Assembly (NCBI RefSeq): GCF_964188315.1
Contig: NC_135659.1
Span: 98,518,001-98,582,000 of the forward strand
Direction: 5' to 3'
DNA: 64,000 nucleotides
DNA from: Podarcis muralis
Taxonomy: Eukaryota
Part shown: positions 13,034-22,839 of the stretch, piece by piece
Layout: each line of letters opens with the position of its first letter
Numbering within the stretch: position 1 is the first letter of the stretch
The notes under the pieces: model-generated
Database searches by the model: none
What the model was told of the DNA's origin: nothing
What the model saw: only the letters and a program-made list of their open reading frames with translations
Made by a program: the position numbers and the translations under genes

Positions 13034-13579
13034 CCAGCCGCCATTTTCTTGGATCCACGGGTCCAGGTGGTCCGTCAGGTAAGTGGTCATCCAGCTGACA
13101 ATCCGTCCCACCAGCACTCGCATCTCCTTGTCAACGCTCTCCACGCACAGGGCCCCTCCGAAGGAGAAAAATGCCACAATCCTCCCCCAGTTCACCCCGT
13201 CCCGGAAAAGTTCATTCACCACCTGCTCAAAGCTCTGGTATGCTGTGCCAGGGGTGATGTGGAGCTGGGATGTGAGGTCACTGAAAGCTCTCCGGTACCT
13301 CAGTTCAAACTCATCGCCTGCCTCTCTTAGCGTCTGCCTCACGTCCAACCTTGGGCTGTCTTCAAGATCACTGAGGATGCTCGGGTGTCCAGTAGCCCCA
13401 TTTACGACCGGGCTGGTACTTTGATGCCAAGACGGACTCCCATTGGGGACGCTGTCCATCTCGTCTCTCAACTCAGTCCTGTTCTCGCTGTCCTCCTCCA
13501 GCTCATCCCAGCTGTGGCCCCTCTCTGACAGCTTGTAGGAAACAAAGTCTACCACGAGCGCCCTGTTATTGCGTGACAT
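13034..13579 (-). CDS. BCL2L1: Bcl-xL (BCL2-like 1), first coding exon, 182 codons: BH4, loop, BH3, BH1, BH2
   Basis: MSRNNRALVVDFVSYKLS (BH4), LREAGDEFELRYRRAFSDL (BH3), ELFRDGVNWGRIVAFFSFGG (BH1), WIQENGGW (BH2) followed by donor TGG|GTAAGC at the conserved position; last coding exon not found in the window. Confidence 0.98.
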
Positions 13580-13581
13580 CT

Positions 13582-13611
13582 TCACACCTGAAGGTGTCTC
13601 AGTAAGTCCAT
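13582..13611 (-). promoter_or_regulatory. 9-codon uORF (MDLLRHLQV*) ending 2 nt before the BCL2L1 start codon
   Basis: Minus strand ATG GAC TTA CTG AGA CAC CTT CAG GTG TGA AG ATG. Confidence 0.8.
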
Positions 13612-13672
13612 GGTCCAGAATGCTAGCCAACCAGCACGTTTACCGAGCGAGGATGCTGCTCCTTTCCATCTT

Positions 13673-13750
13673 TCTGGCAACCAGAAGAATGCCAAGCAAG
13701 AGAGCTTCAAGGGAGAAAGAGCAGAAGGAGAGAAAGAAGGAGACGAAACT
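13673..13750 (-). promoter_or_regulatory. Splice acceptor region of the BCL2L1 coding exon
   Basis: Long polypyrimidine tract on the minus strand; candidate AGs give exon starts at 13704 (cccttgaag|) or 13673 (ttgccag|). Confidence 0.6.
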
Positions 13751-16700
13751 GTTAAAAGGACCAGGCTTCCACTCTGTTTTCCTGGCATGCACGTAGCAGC
13801 AGTCCCTTACTACTCAGGGAAAGTCAAATATTCATGAGCATCTCTGTGGCTCATCCTCAGACTTAGTCATATGAGCATCTGTATAGACAGCCAACTCCTC
13901 CCCTTCCCCCGGCCACTTCACTTTTCCACTAAAGCTGGTCCCAAATCTCATGCACAGGGTTCACCCCCCCCCAAACAGATGTTTTACCGGGCTCAGGTGC
14001 TGCCTGTGAGGTCCTTTCCCCCAAAATTCTGTGCAGCATGGCCAGGACACTCAGTACCCAGGTGGTCTCTCTGCCACATCTGAGATCAATCTTTGGAAGC
14101 AAAACCAGCTCTGACTGGAGTGATCCTGCAGCCTGCCAGGCTGGGAAGATGCAGGCAAAGAAGGTTCCGAAAACCCAAGAGGGCTCCCCCTGCCACCTTG
14201 ATTGAGTGCTGCGGCTCTCCTGCAGCAGCGAAGCATAGAGATCCCTCCCCCTGCATCTCCACCTCCCACCATCCCCGGGATCTAAGCACTTCCTGGTGCT
14301 ATTTTTAAAGGGACAAGTACTGGATGAAGCTTCTCGGCTGTATTTGCTTGCTCCCCAACACGGACCCAGGAATTAACAATCAGGACGCCACCTTTTGCCC
14401 CTGGTCAGTAATGTCTCTCAATAGCCTAAAACAAAAGCAGAGAGTAAACCGGGGAGAGAAGTTTGGGGCTTTTTTTAATTAAAAAACAACTTCAGGGAAG
14501 GATTAGAAGTTGCTTTCAGGTTGATCACCTTGACTTAGATTTCAAGACCCTGAAAGGTGTGGGGACTTTGATTACACAGCCTCTCCATTTTACACTGGAA
14601 AAGCGGCTCGTTTTTCACCCCCTCCCTGCAGCCTGCTCCGGCAGCAAAGTCAAAGGCAAGAGTTTTCTTCTGCCTTCCTGAAATACTAGCTTAAGTACTC
14701 TGCGCTGGCTTAAACGTTAACTGCAAAGGGTTGCAGCTGACGAGCAGAGAGGCACAGCAGACCTCAGCCGTTAGCGCAGCTCCAAAGCAGAATTCTGAGC
14801 ACAAACTCCCACCACAAACAGACCCACTTATGGGAATGAGTCATGCATGAGACATATCCCCCAAATTGGAAAGCGCAGGCACGCACAAGGCAAATGACTG
14901 CGAAGAACCAGGCAGAGGGGGTGATAGCAGGCGGCAATTGTGCCCGGCATGGCAAAGGAGCCAACTTAATGTTGAATTTGTATGAACAACCGGTCGGTGG
15001 TATTCTCTCTCTCTCTCTCTCCTGCCCACCCCAACCCTATTTCCTCCTTTGCAGGAGCTGGGAGAGGCAGGGCAGTCACAGCAGCATCCCCTTCCTCCTT
15101 CCCAGAAGGCCAGCTGGGCAACAATAGCCAGGCTATCCCCTACTGGGAGATGTGTCAAAAGGAGCTTGTGCAGTACTCACCCCCTGGAGAGGGAGGACGA
15201 GCTCAGTTCTGGGAAGTCTTAGGGGAAGGAGGAACCCAGCCAGCCGCTGTGCAGTGAATGTGGCGGAGGAGGCAGCAGCAGCAGGGATAAGTTCCAGGCA
15301 CTGGCCAACCCGCCTTGACATCACCATCGCCCCGCCTCCTAAGGGCTGGCCAAACATTCGAGCCAGCCAGCCCCCATTCCCAGATTGCAGGAGGCCTGAA
15401 AACATCAAAGCTCAGCAGATTATGAAATCTCCATTCTGTTAATTGAGCCTTCATTCAGGATTTCTTTTTGCATGTGCGTGCGTGGGAGAGCGGATTTTTG
15501 TAGTTAAAATCCCAATTTTTCTACCATTCACTCTAGCAGTATGGCACAAGCCTGTGTCCAGCACACATCTAGACTCCTTCCGCGTCCATCACAAGGAGGT
15601 TATGGGGTCTGAAAACTCCCTCTCCCCAATCTTTTATGTTCTTCTCCCGCAGTGCCATCTGAATAAAGGTTAGTCGGAAGCGAGCCCTTCTGAATCCAGC
15701 AGGAATTTGCTTCCTGGTAACCCTGAAAGTGCTTTCTGTAGGGTTGTACCACATGTGGGGAAGTGCGACAGTGGCTTCTTCAAAGGAGAGGTAACTAAAT
15801 GCCATTTTCACACAAAGACTGAGGAAGAGAAACCTTCATTCTCACCAGGCTAAAGCAAGATTCCCTAACCTGGTGCACTCCAGATGTTTTGGACTACAAT
15901 AAAAACAACTCCTATCAGTCCTTGGTCAACTTCCCCAGCCTCCTGAGCCCTTATTTCCCAGATCCTTACTGCACACAAGCCACTGCTAGGCCCTATGTGG
16001 CCTTTTCCCTGGACAAAGTGGGGTTTTTTATTTCCCTCCCAGCAGCTGTACTCTTTAAGATTTCCGTCTCCCTCTCTCCTTTGCTGGGAAAGCTACACAG
16101 GCAGGCTGAAATAAAAGACTCCTGGAGGGCACTCAGTACCTGTGATGCAATCCTGTCAGAGCACTGTAGAGTGGTCCCATGCCTCAAGGGTGTGGAGGCA
16201 CCTGTGTGCCTGTCTTCCAAGCCTTAGCCAACTGCAAATCATCCTGTCCTCCACAATGAAATCATCGAAAGTTAGAGCTGCTAACTCGAACACACAGAGA
16301 GAGAGACTTCTCTTAAGACCACCCTCTATCATTTTCTCAGGACCTTCAGCTAAACACCCTGCAGGCTACTGGGATTCAGCAATATCCGCATCTTTCTTTT
16401 CTCTCTCCTCCCCAAACATGCACAGAGCAAAGGGTTTGGCTCTGGACACACTCACTTGCAGGATGAACTCCCTGTCTGAGAACTGTCCCATCTTGGGGGA
16501 AAGGGAAAAGAAAACCAGACTCAAAAGTTTACTGCTGGGCCTTAGGTTCCCCTTGTTCTCTGTCAGAGTTCCCCGTGTGCCAGAATGACTTCTTGTCTGC
16601 AGGGGTGTGAGAAGCCAGAACGTGTCTCCCAAAACTCAAATCAAGAGGTCATGGGTATATCACTTTCTCTTTTTCTTCTCTTTTCCCACCTCTTTGCTAG

Positions 16701-16899
16701 TTTCAATTGTGTGCCGTCTCAAAATTAGATTCAGGGTTATTGTTTGGCCTTGGCAACTCTTGCGCTCATGCTGCTTATCTGCACGTGAGATGGATAGAAA
16801 AGTGCTAATTAGAAGCTTCATACTGTACTTTTAACTGAGCTTTGCAAGCAATCTGGACACTGTTTCCTGTACGTACATACCCCACTCTGTGTGAGGCTC

Positions 16900-17125
16900 A
16901 AGAGGGGGATAAGGCTATCAATGGCTACAAGTGAGCTACCTCCAGGATCAGAAACAGCATGACCCTGAATAGCTGTTGCTGGGGAATAACAGCAAAAGAG
17001 AGAGCCATTGCCCTCATGTCTTGCTTGTGGACTTCCCAGAGACATCTGGTGGGCCTCTGTGAGAACAAGGTGTTGCACTAAGTAGGTGTTCAGCCTGATA
17101 CAGCAGTCGGGCCCTTCTTATGGTT
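16900..17125 (-). mobile_element. Old squamate SINE-like repeat (cataagaagagcc family)
   Basis: Ends ...cagcagtcgggcccttcttatgg; related copies near 47285-47520, 57170-57260 and 23985-24050. Confidence 0.6.
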
Positions 17126-17518
17126 TTAAGAGCAAAGAATGTTGCTAGAGTGAAGGCAGAGTGAATTCACTCAAGAATGATGTATAATTTCTTTCTAATG
17201 CCTTTGTCATGGGTTCATCTAGCATCTCTGCTGCATCTATTGTAAAACATGTGTGCCTCACTAGAATTTCCGTGAAAAAAGGAAGAGCAGTCTCACTGAT
17301 CAAACTAGGGCCAACTTTCTGATTCTGTGGGTTTTCTTCTCCTTGCTTTCCTTCAGCTCCATCCTGACTATCCCATCCTCAACCCGCAAATCTCCACATT
17401 CACCATGTGCTTCTTTTACTGCTCTTTTTAATTTTTTACTTAGAAGAGATGCCACATTTCATCAGTTTTTTTTCCTGCCCATCCCAAGCCTAAATGAATT
17501 TAAATTGAAAACACTTTA

Positions 17519-17769
17519 CAGTCATACCTTGGTTCTTGAACGTCTTGGTACTTGGACATTTTGGCTCCCCAACACTGAAAACCCGGAAGTGAGTGTTCTG
17601 GTTTGCGAACGTTTTTTGGAAGCTGAACATCCAGCGCAGCTTCTGCAGCTTCCAACTGAGTGCAGGAAGCTCCTGCAGCCAATTGGAAGCTGCACCCTGG
17701 TTTTCGAACCGTTTCGGGAGTCGAACAGACTCCCTGATCAGATTAAGTTTGACAACCAAGGAATGACTG
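17519..17769. mobile_element. Tigger-like (Tc1/mariner) MITE
   Basis: TIRs cagtcataccttggtt / aaccaaggaatgactg with TA on both sides. Confidence 0.85.
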
Positions 17770-18300
17770 TATTGATTTGGCATATCAGAGTCTTTCAACA
17801 ATATGAAAAGTCCTGTTCCACTACCAAAGACAGCTTTCACCAACCTGGTGACCAACATGCTGATGGGATTTGCAGCCCAAAATACCTGGAAGGCACCAGG
17901 TTGGCAACGGGTGACTTAAAGCATCATCACCCCATTAGATATGGTGGAATTAAAAGCCAAGGGGCACAACAAGAAGTGCTCAGATCCCATGTCTGGAACT
18001 GGCAATTCTCTGTTGTCCCAACTATAGGATGAGCAACCCTGCCAATGATGTCTCCAATCCCAAATTCAAGCAGTTTCTCTCTGGAATTTTGGTTGGAGAA
18101 TTGAAAGCTGGGGAAGGGGCACATGTTCAGTCCCTGGCATCTCCTGAAAATGATCCCAGATCCTAAGGCTGGGAAAGATGTTGAAGAGCCACTGGCATTT
18201 GGAGTAGACATCACAGGGCTGTGTAGTTCCACAGCTAAGCTCAATATAAGGCAGCTTCATAGGTGTACAGGTGCAGATCAGGGAACCTATGCCCTTAGCC

Positions 18301-18430
18301 CAGTGGTGGCCAAACTTGGCCCTCCAGCTGCTTTGGGACTACAACTCCCATCATCCCTAGCTCCCAGTGGCCAGGGATGATGGGAATTGTAGTCCCAAAA
18401 CAGCTGGAGGGCCAAGTTTGGCCACCACTG
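18301..18430. mobile_element. Palindromic MITE, probably hAT-type (gactacaactcccatcatcc family)
   Basis: Near-perfect 57-bp arms cagtggtggccaaacttggccctccagctg...; decayed copies near 1054, 19020, 38720, 44720, 53585, 54700 and 55500. Confidence 0.8.
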
Positions 18431-19599
18431 CGCTAAGAAGACTTCGGCAAACCACACTATAGTTCCATGCACACTAATGGCATAGATCAACAAAATGGGT
18501 ATGACAGTGACCAGCTTTATGGGTTCAAGGTGAAAACCTGCAATAAATGATTATTGAGGGCACTCTGTAGATTACAAACTATGTCACCTGGTCCTTTCTC
18601 ACAGATCACAGCTCCTCACACCTTCTTTTTACACACTGTTCCTCAAACAGAGCTGTCTGTATATGTTGATTCCATTCCGATCAGCTTAACCCCTTAACAA
18701 AGCAGAGAACCAGAGGGAGAGGAAACCAGATAGCTTCCCAAGCCTGCCTTCTGGGAGAGCTGTCCAAGACCAGCTCCCTGACTACTGCACACCATTGAAC
18801 CCTACTGCTGCCTCACATTTACTGAGTTCACATGAGTCAGTATATTGCACTGGCTAAGGCACAGGCAAGCAGCCTGTGGTCCTCAGGCATAATTTCCAAC
18901 ACCCTCTTGCTCAGGTCAGACCTGTGGCCAGAATGATGTGTCGCAACCCGTTCAGCAAGAATGAAAAGGGTAGCAGTCCCACCAGCTATTAGCTTCTGCC
19001 CGGCCAAAGTTAGATGATTTCTGCAGTGTTTCTCAAACTTGGATCCCCAGCTGCGGTTGGACTAAAACGTCCATCATCCCTGGGTCCTGCTAGTTAGGTA
19101 TGGTGGGATTTGTACTCCAACAACTGCTGGGGGACCCAAGTCTGAGAAACACTGTCCGATAAGAACGGAGACCTCGTCATTAATAAAGAAAGAAAAAAGT
19201 CATTTTTAATTTCTTTCTCTCTAAGTTTTATAATTGCTTTCAGTATCAGGAGCATAAATGATGTTAGTTATATTAATTTTGTTGTTTCTTATATTGTGGT
19301 TGTTTGTTTGACTTTTCTATTATTTGTTTGTATGTTTGCTTATTTGTTTGTTTGTCTGCTTTCCCAAAAATGTATTTATTTTAAATCAATAAAGATATAC
19401 TTTAAAACCATATATCTTAAAGGTAAAAAAATAGAATAAAAATAAAAGAAAGAAAAAAGCTGTCCGATCTTGGGTGAGACCATCAGACGACATTCCTGAT
19501 GGGGAGCCATCGTTTCTCATCCTAAAGGACCTCACAGGGTTGTTGTAGTTGGGGTGAATCCTATATGCCCCTTCTCCGCCCCTTGGAGGAAGGTGCAAA

Positions 19600-20430
19600 A
19601 CTCACAGCGCATAAAAGGTCTCGCTTCCCCCTTTTGCAGAGAGCATCGCATCCGCCCTGACCCGTAACCGCATCCACTTCCTTCCCCCGCGCCCCTCCCC
19701 CGCTCCCCATTCATCTTTCTCCGATTCAACTAGGACAAAGCCCAGCCCCGCCCCCCTTCCAGAGCTGAGCCAATCACAAAGAAGGGAAGGCGAAGACGCG
19801 CATGCCCGGCACGCACTGCTTCCCCATTGGACGAGCCTCCTGTCACTCCTCTCCCGCTCGCCGCCCTCACCTCAGAAAATGCCAAGGAGCCCCGCCCCCT
19901 GCCCCGGTTCCCTTTACCGGCCTCCGTCCCCGGTTACCTCAGGGAAGAAGCGGCCGGCAGGAACCGCCGAGAGGAAGGCGCCGAGAGGGCTGGGCCGCTC
20001 CGGCGCCGGCGGAGCTTCCCTGCCACCCGACGAGGCGGCGGCTTTCTCGGCGGTTCTGCCTCGCTCCTTGACCGGCCGGGCGAAAAGAACTGGGCATGCG
20101 CGAGCAACCGCTACTTACTACTCGAAGCCGCCTTGCGCATGCGCGACTCGAAGCCGCGGGAAAAAAAAAAGGAATGGTCTGGAGTGCGCATGCGGAGGAA
20201 TGTGACGCGAGCGGGGAGGGGGGTGCGCTCTCGCGAGGGGTTAATGCGCCTGCGCGAAGAGCGGCGCGCCAGGCAAAGGAAAGGCGTTGGCGCCCTCTCT
20301 CGGCCGAAGACCGGCATCGCGTGGGAAAAGAGGTCGGCGGTGCTGATATTGCAATGACTGCCTCTGCGTGGAGAGACGCGCTTGGCAGAGTGGCGTTGCC
20401 GTGATTTTCTGCGGGGTTTACAGCAAGTAA
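19600..20430. promoter_or_regulatory. CpG-island promoter, probable BCL2L1 5' end, probably bidirectional
   Basis: CpG-dense; NRF1-type GCGCATGCGC sites at 20134-20145, 20185-20195, 20245-20256, 20094 and 19798; TCTCGCGAG at 20229; CCAAT 19770, ATTGG 19826; minus-strand donors GAG|GTAACC (19937) and GAG|GTGAGG (19870); plus-strand donor CAA|GTAAGA (20427). Confidence 0.8.
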
Positions 20431-20450
20431 GATCTAACGTAGTAGCCTAA

Positions 20451-20990
20451 AGGGAAGTTTTCCTTCTGCCCATACCTGCTGCATTTTGGGGAAGCCTTGC
20501 ACCTCTTTTTCTTGCATTCTGGAAAGTCTCGCTTACAATCTGCTTCTGCACAAACTGTACAAAACTGTTCCAAACACCAGGACATTCTTTTCCTTGCTCA
20601 GTCCACCCTAAGTTCATGATGACTTGTTCTTTATGCCTAGCTGACCACATCTACAGAACTTGATTGTTATATTGTTTCATGCTATGATCCATCATTAGTA
20701 ATTGTTTGTGCCATATTAATCTCTAGTTACAATTTAATTAGGAGGCTTCATGCCTGTCTAGTTCTAGCTTCGATTCCCAGCCTTTAATCCATCGATAATA
20801 AATGATCACACGTAATCCCCACCTCTCACATGTAATTCCCGCCTTATGCTTATGTATCAACCAATCAGTGACAAGCACACCTGTGGCAATGTTTGTAATA
20901 TTCAATAAAAGAGGCTCCCAGGGTCCGCCCTGGCCAGACGCCTCATGTTACACCTGCCTCTCTCGTCTCCTGTGATTTTTCATTCCTACA
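20451..20990 (+). mobile_element. ERV 5' LTR (5' boundary uncertain)
   Basis: Ends ...ttcctaCA just before the PBS; CCAAT at 20861, AATAAA at 20904; no clear TG... start found. Confidence 0.7.
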
Positions 20991-20992
20991 TC

Positions 20993-21010
20993 TGGTGACC
21001 CACGACGTGC
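20993..21010 (+). promoter_or_regulatory. Retroviral primer-binding site, tRNA-Trp type
   Basis: TGGTGACCCACGACGTGC versus the ASLV Trp PBS TGGTGACCCCGACGTGAT (one inserted base); major splice donor GTGAGT at 21089 just before the gag ATG. Confidence 0.8.
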
Positions 21011-21094
21011 CAGATCCCTTGCGCAGCCGAGCAGCCAGCCAGCCCTCATACTTCACTTCGACTGGAGAAGTCTCAAGCGCGCTGTTTCGTGAGT

Positions 21095-21820
21095 ATGGGG
21101 GGGGGGGAATTGAGTAAGCTTCAAAAATTGCATGCTAGGGAATTACTGCAGCTGGTTAGGCAAAGAGGGGTGGGTGTACATATTTCTTTAAAAGAGATTG
21201 AACAATTGCTAGGTGAGATCGCATTCCAATGTCCCTGGTACCCTGAGGCAGGCTCCTTGGGGGTAGAGGCTTGGCAAAAGATTGGAAAAACTTTTTTTGC
21301 AGAACCCAGGGCTCCTATTCATTGTCTGCTAACTTGGCAGAAATGTGCAGATGCCGTGGCAAAATTAGGACCTCAGGCGTCCCAGGCGTCTCCCTCGGCC
21401 CCTGCATTTCTGTCTGTTGGAGACAACCCCCCTCCTTATCCTAAGCTTCTGCCTCCCTCACAACCCTGCCTGTCCCCCCCCCCCTTGCCTGTGTCTGCAT
21501 CTCCAGGACCTGTGCCTCAGCTCACATCCACCCCCAACACCCCCCCTTCCCTCCCTCCTGTGTCTCCTTTGCCTGCATCTGCTTCTTCAGAAGCTGTGTC
21601 TCAGCCCACATCCACTTCCCCCCCTTTTTCTTCCCTCCCTCCTTCCACCCCTCCCTTGCCTGCCTCAGCTCCTGCATGTTTTACAGGAGCTGTCCGTGCT
21701 GCACTTTCTCAAGCTAGGCAGAAAGGTCTCCTTTCCTTAGAGGAAGAATCTGAGTGGGCTGGTGAAATGCCATCAGCTTTCCCTGTCTCCAGCTCAACCC
21801 CATCAGCTTTCCCCATTTCC
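21095..21820 (+). pseudogene. gag: ERV gag, 5' part: myristoylated matrix plus proline-rich region with late domains
   Basis: MG start; CPWYPEAGSL...WQKIG resembles betaretroviral MA (CPWFPxxGT...WxRVG); PSAP and PPPY motifs; interrupted at the predicted CA start (SAF|PI) by an L1. Confidence 0.9.
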
Positions 21821-22250
21821 TTTTTTTTTTTTTTAATAATTTTTTATTAGAGGTTTTTCTTATGGTTACAAAGATAAAACAAAACATGACAATACATTAA
21901 AACATAACAAACAAATAATAACAAGTATACTTTCAAATCTTATTTTCTTAGACCTTACTTCCCTGACTTCCTCATGCTTCCCCTTTCTGTGTTCCAATTT
22001 CTAATCAATTACTCAGCAAATCTTCTCGTATTTTAACTTAATTTACTCATTTTTCTCCTTGTCTTAACCATTACCGCTATCAACCATTTATTTCACTAAT
22101 CCGTCATCCTTCTAAACTTCATAAATTTTGCAATATTTCTTTAAATAGTCCTTAAATTTTCTCCACTCCTCCTCCGCTGCTTCTCTTCCCTGGTTTCGGA
22201 TTCTGCTCGTCATCTCTGCTAGGCCCATGTAGTCAATCACCTTCATCTGC
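21821..22250 (-). mobile_element. 5'-truncated L1-clade LINE inserted into gag, 17-bp TSD
   Basis: Poly(T) on plus strand, ORF2 C-terminus WQMKVIDYMGLAEMT...EWRKFKDYLKK; TSD cagctttccc(c/t)atttcc at 21804-21820 and 22251-22267. Confidence 0.9.
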
Positions 22251-22261
22251 CAGCTTTCCCT

Positions 22262-22605
22262 ATTTCCTACACTAACCCAGGCACTGCGCAGCAACAGGTG
22301 TTGTACGAAACCCTTCCCTATTCTGTAATGAGAGAATTGAGAAGGGCCATTGCTGATTCCGGTTTAAAATCTTCCTATGTGACAGGAATGCTGGAGGGAA
22401 TAGCAACTGCTTCAACTGCAATCGCCCAGGTCATTTTGCTAAACAATGCAGAGCCCCTGGCGGGGGTGCAAACAGGAATGGTGATGCCAATAAGGCTAAG
22501 CCTTCCAAGAAATGCCCAAAGTGCGGTAAAGGCTATCATTGGGCAAATCAGTGCAGGAGTTCGGGAAACTCCTTAGGGGCCCCACTCCCGGGCCAGGACA
22601 AATAG
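22262..22605 (+). pseudogene. gag: ERV gag, 3' part: CA N-terminus joined out of frame to NC with two zinc knuckles
   Basis: YETLPYSVMRELRRAIADSGLKSSYVTGMLEGIA, then from 22408 in another frame CFNCNRPGHFAKQC and CPKCGKGYHWANQC (CX2CX4HX4C); stop TAG at 22603-22605. Confidence 0.9.
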
Positions 22606-22609
22606 GGAG
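22563..22609 (+). promoter_or_regulatory. -1 ribosomal frameshift signal: GGGAAAC plus H-type pseudoknot
   Basis: Slippery heptamer 22563-22569; S1 GGCCC(22578-82)/GGGCC(22590-94), S2 CTCCC(22585-89)/GGGAG(22605-09). Confidence 0.85.
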
Positions 22610-22620
22610 CCCCCCCGCCG

Positions 22621-22839
22621 TTAGTCTCCACTATTAAAACCATCTCAAAGGATACACGCTCTGATTTTACCATCGACTTACTTAATCAGGAAACCAAAGA
22701 CACTGTTTTACCTGGTGAAATCGTGCTCATGCCTTCCCAATTGAAAGCCCCCCTACCTCCTAAAGTCGCAGGCTTAATTTTACCCAAATTTTCTGCGGCC
22801 AAAGAAGGGATCCAGGTTATTCCAGGAGTTCTGGATCCT
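22621..22839 (+). pseudogene. ERV degenerate dUTPase (N-terminal part of pro)
   Basis: AGLILPKFSAAKEGIQVIPGVLD resembles the dUTPase GLIxGRSSxxxKGLxVxPGVID motif, in the position betaretroviruses use. Confidence 0.7.

Noticed and set aside
13583-13630. ORF-track start at TTG 13630 as the BCL2L1 start
   Set aside because: The ATG at 13579 aligns with the conserved BH4 N-terminus
17343-18032. 229-aa plus-strand ORF and overlapping 122-aa minus-strand ORF
   Set aside because: They span a MITE and unrelated flanks; no recognisable domain
19802-20404. Several overlapping ORFs of 90-176 aa
   Set aside because: Expected stop-codon depletion in a GC-rich CpG island; low-complexity R/G/A content
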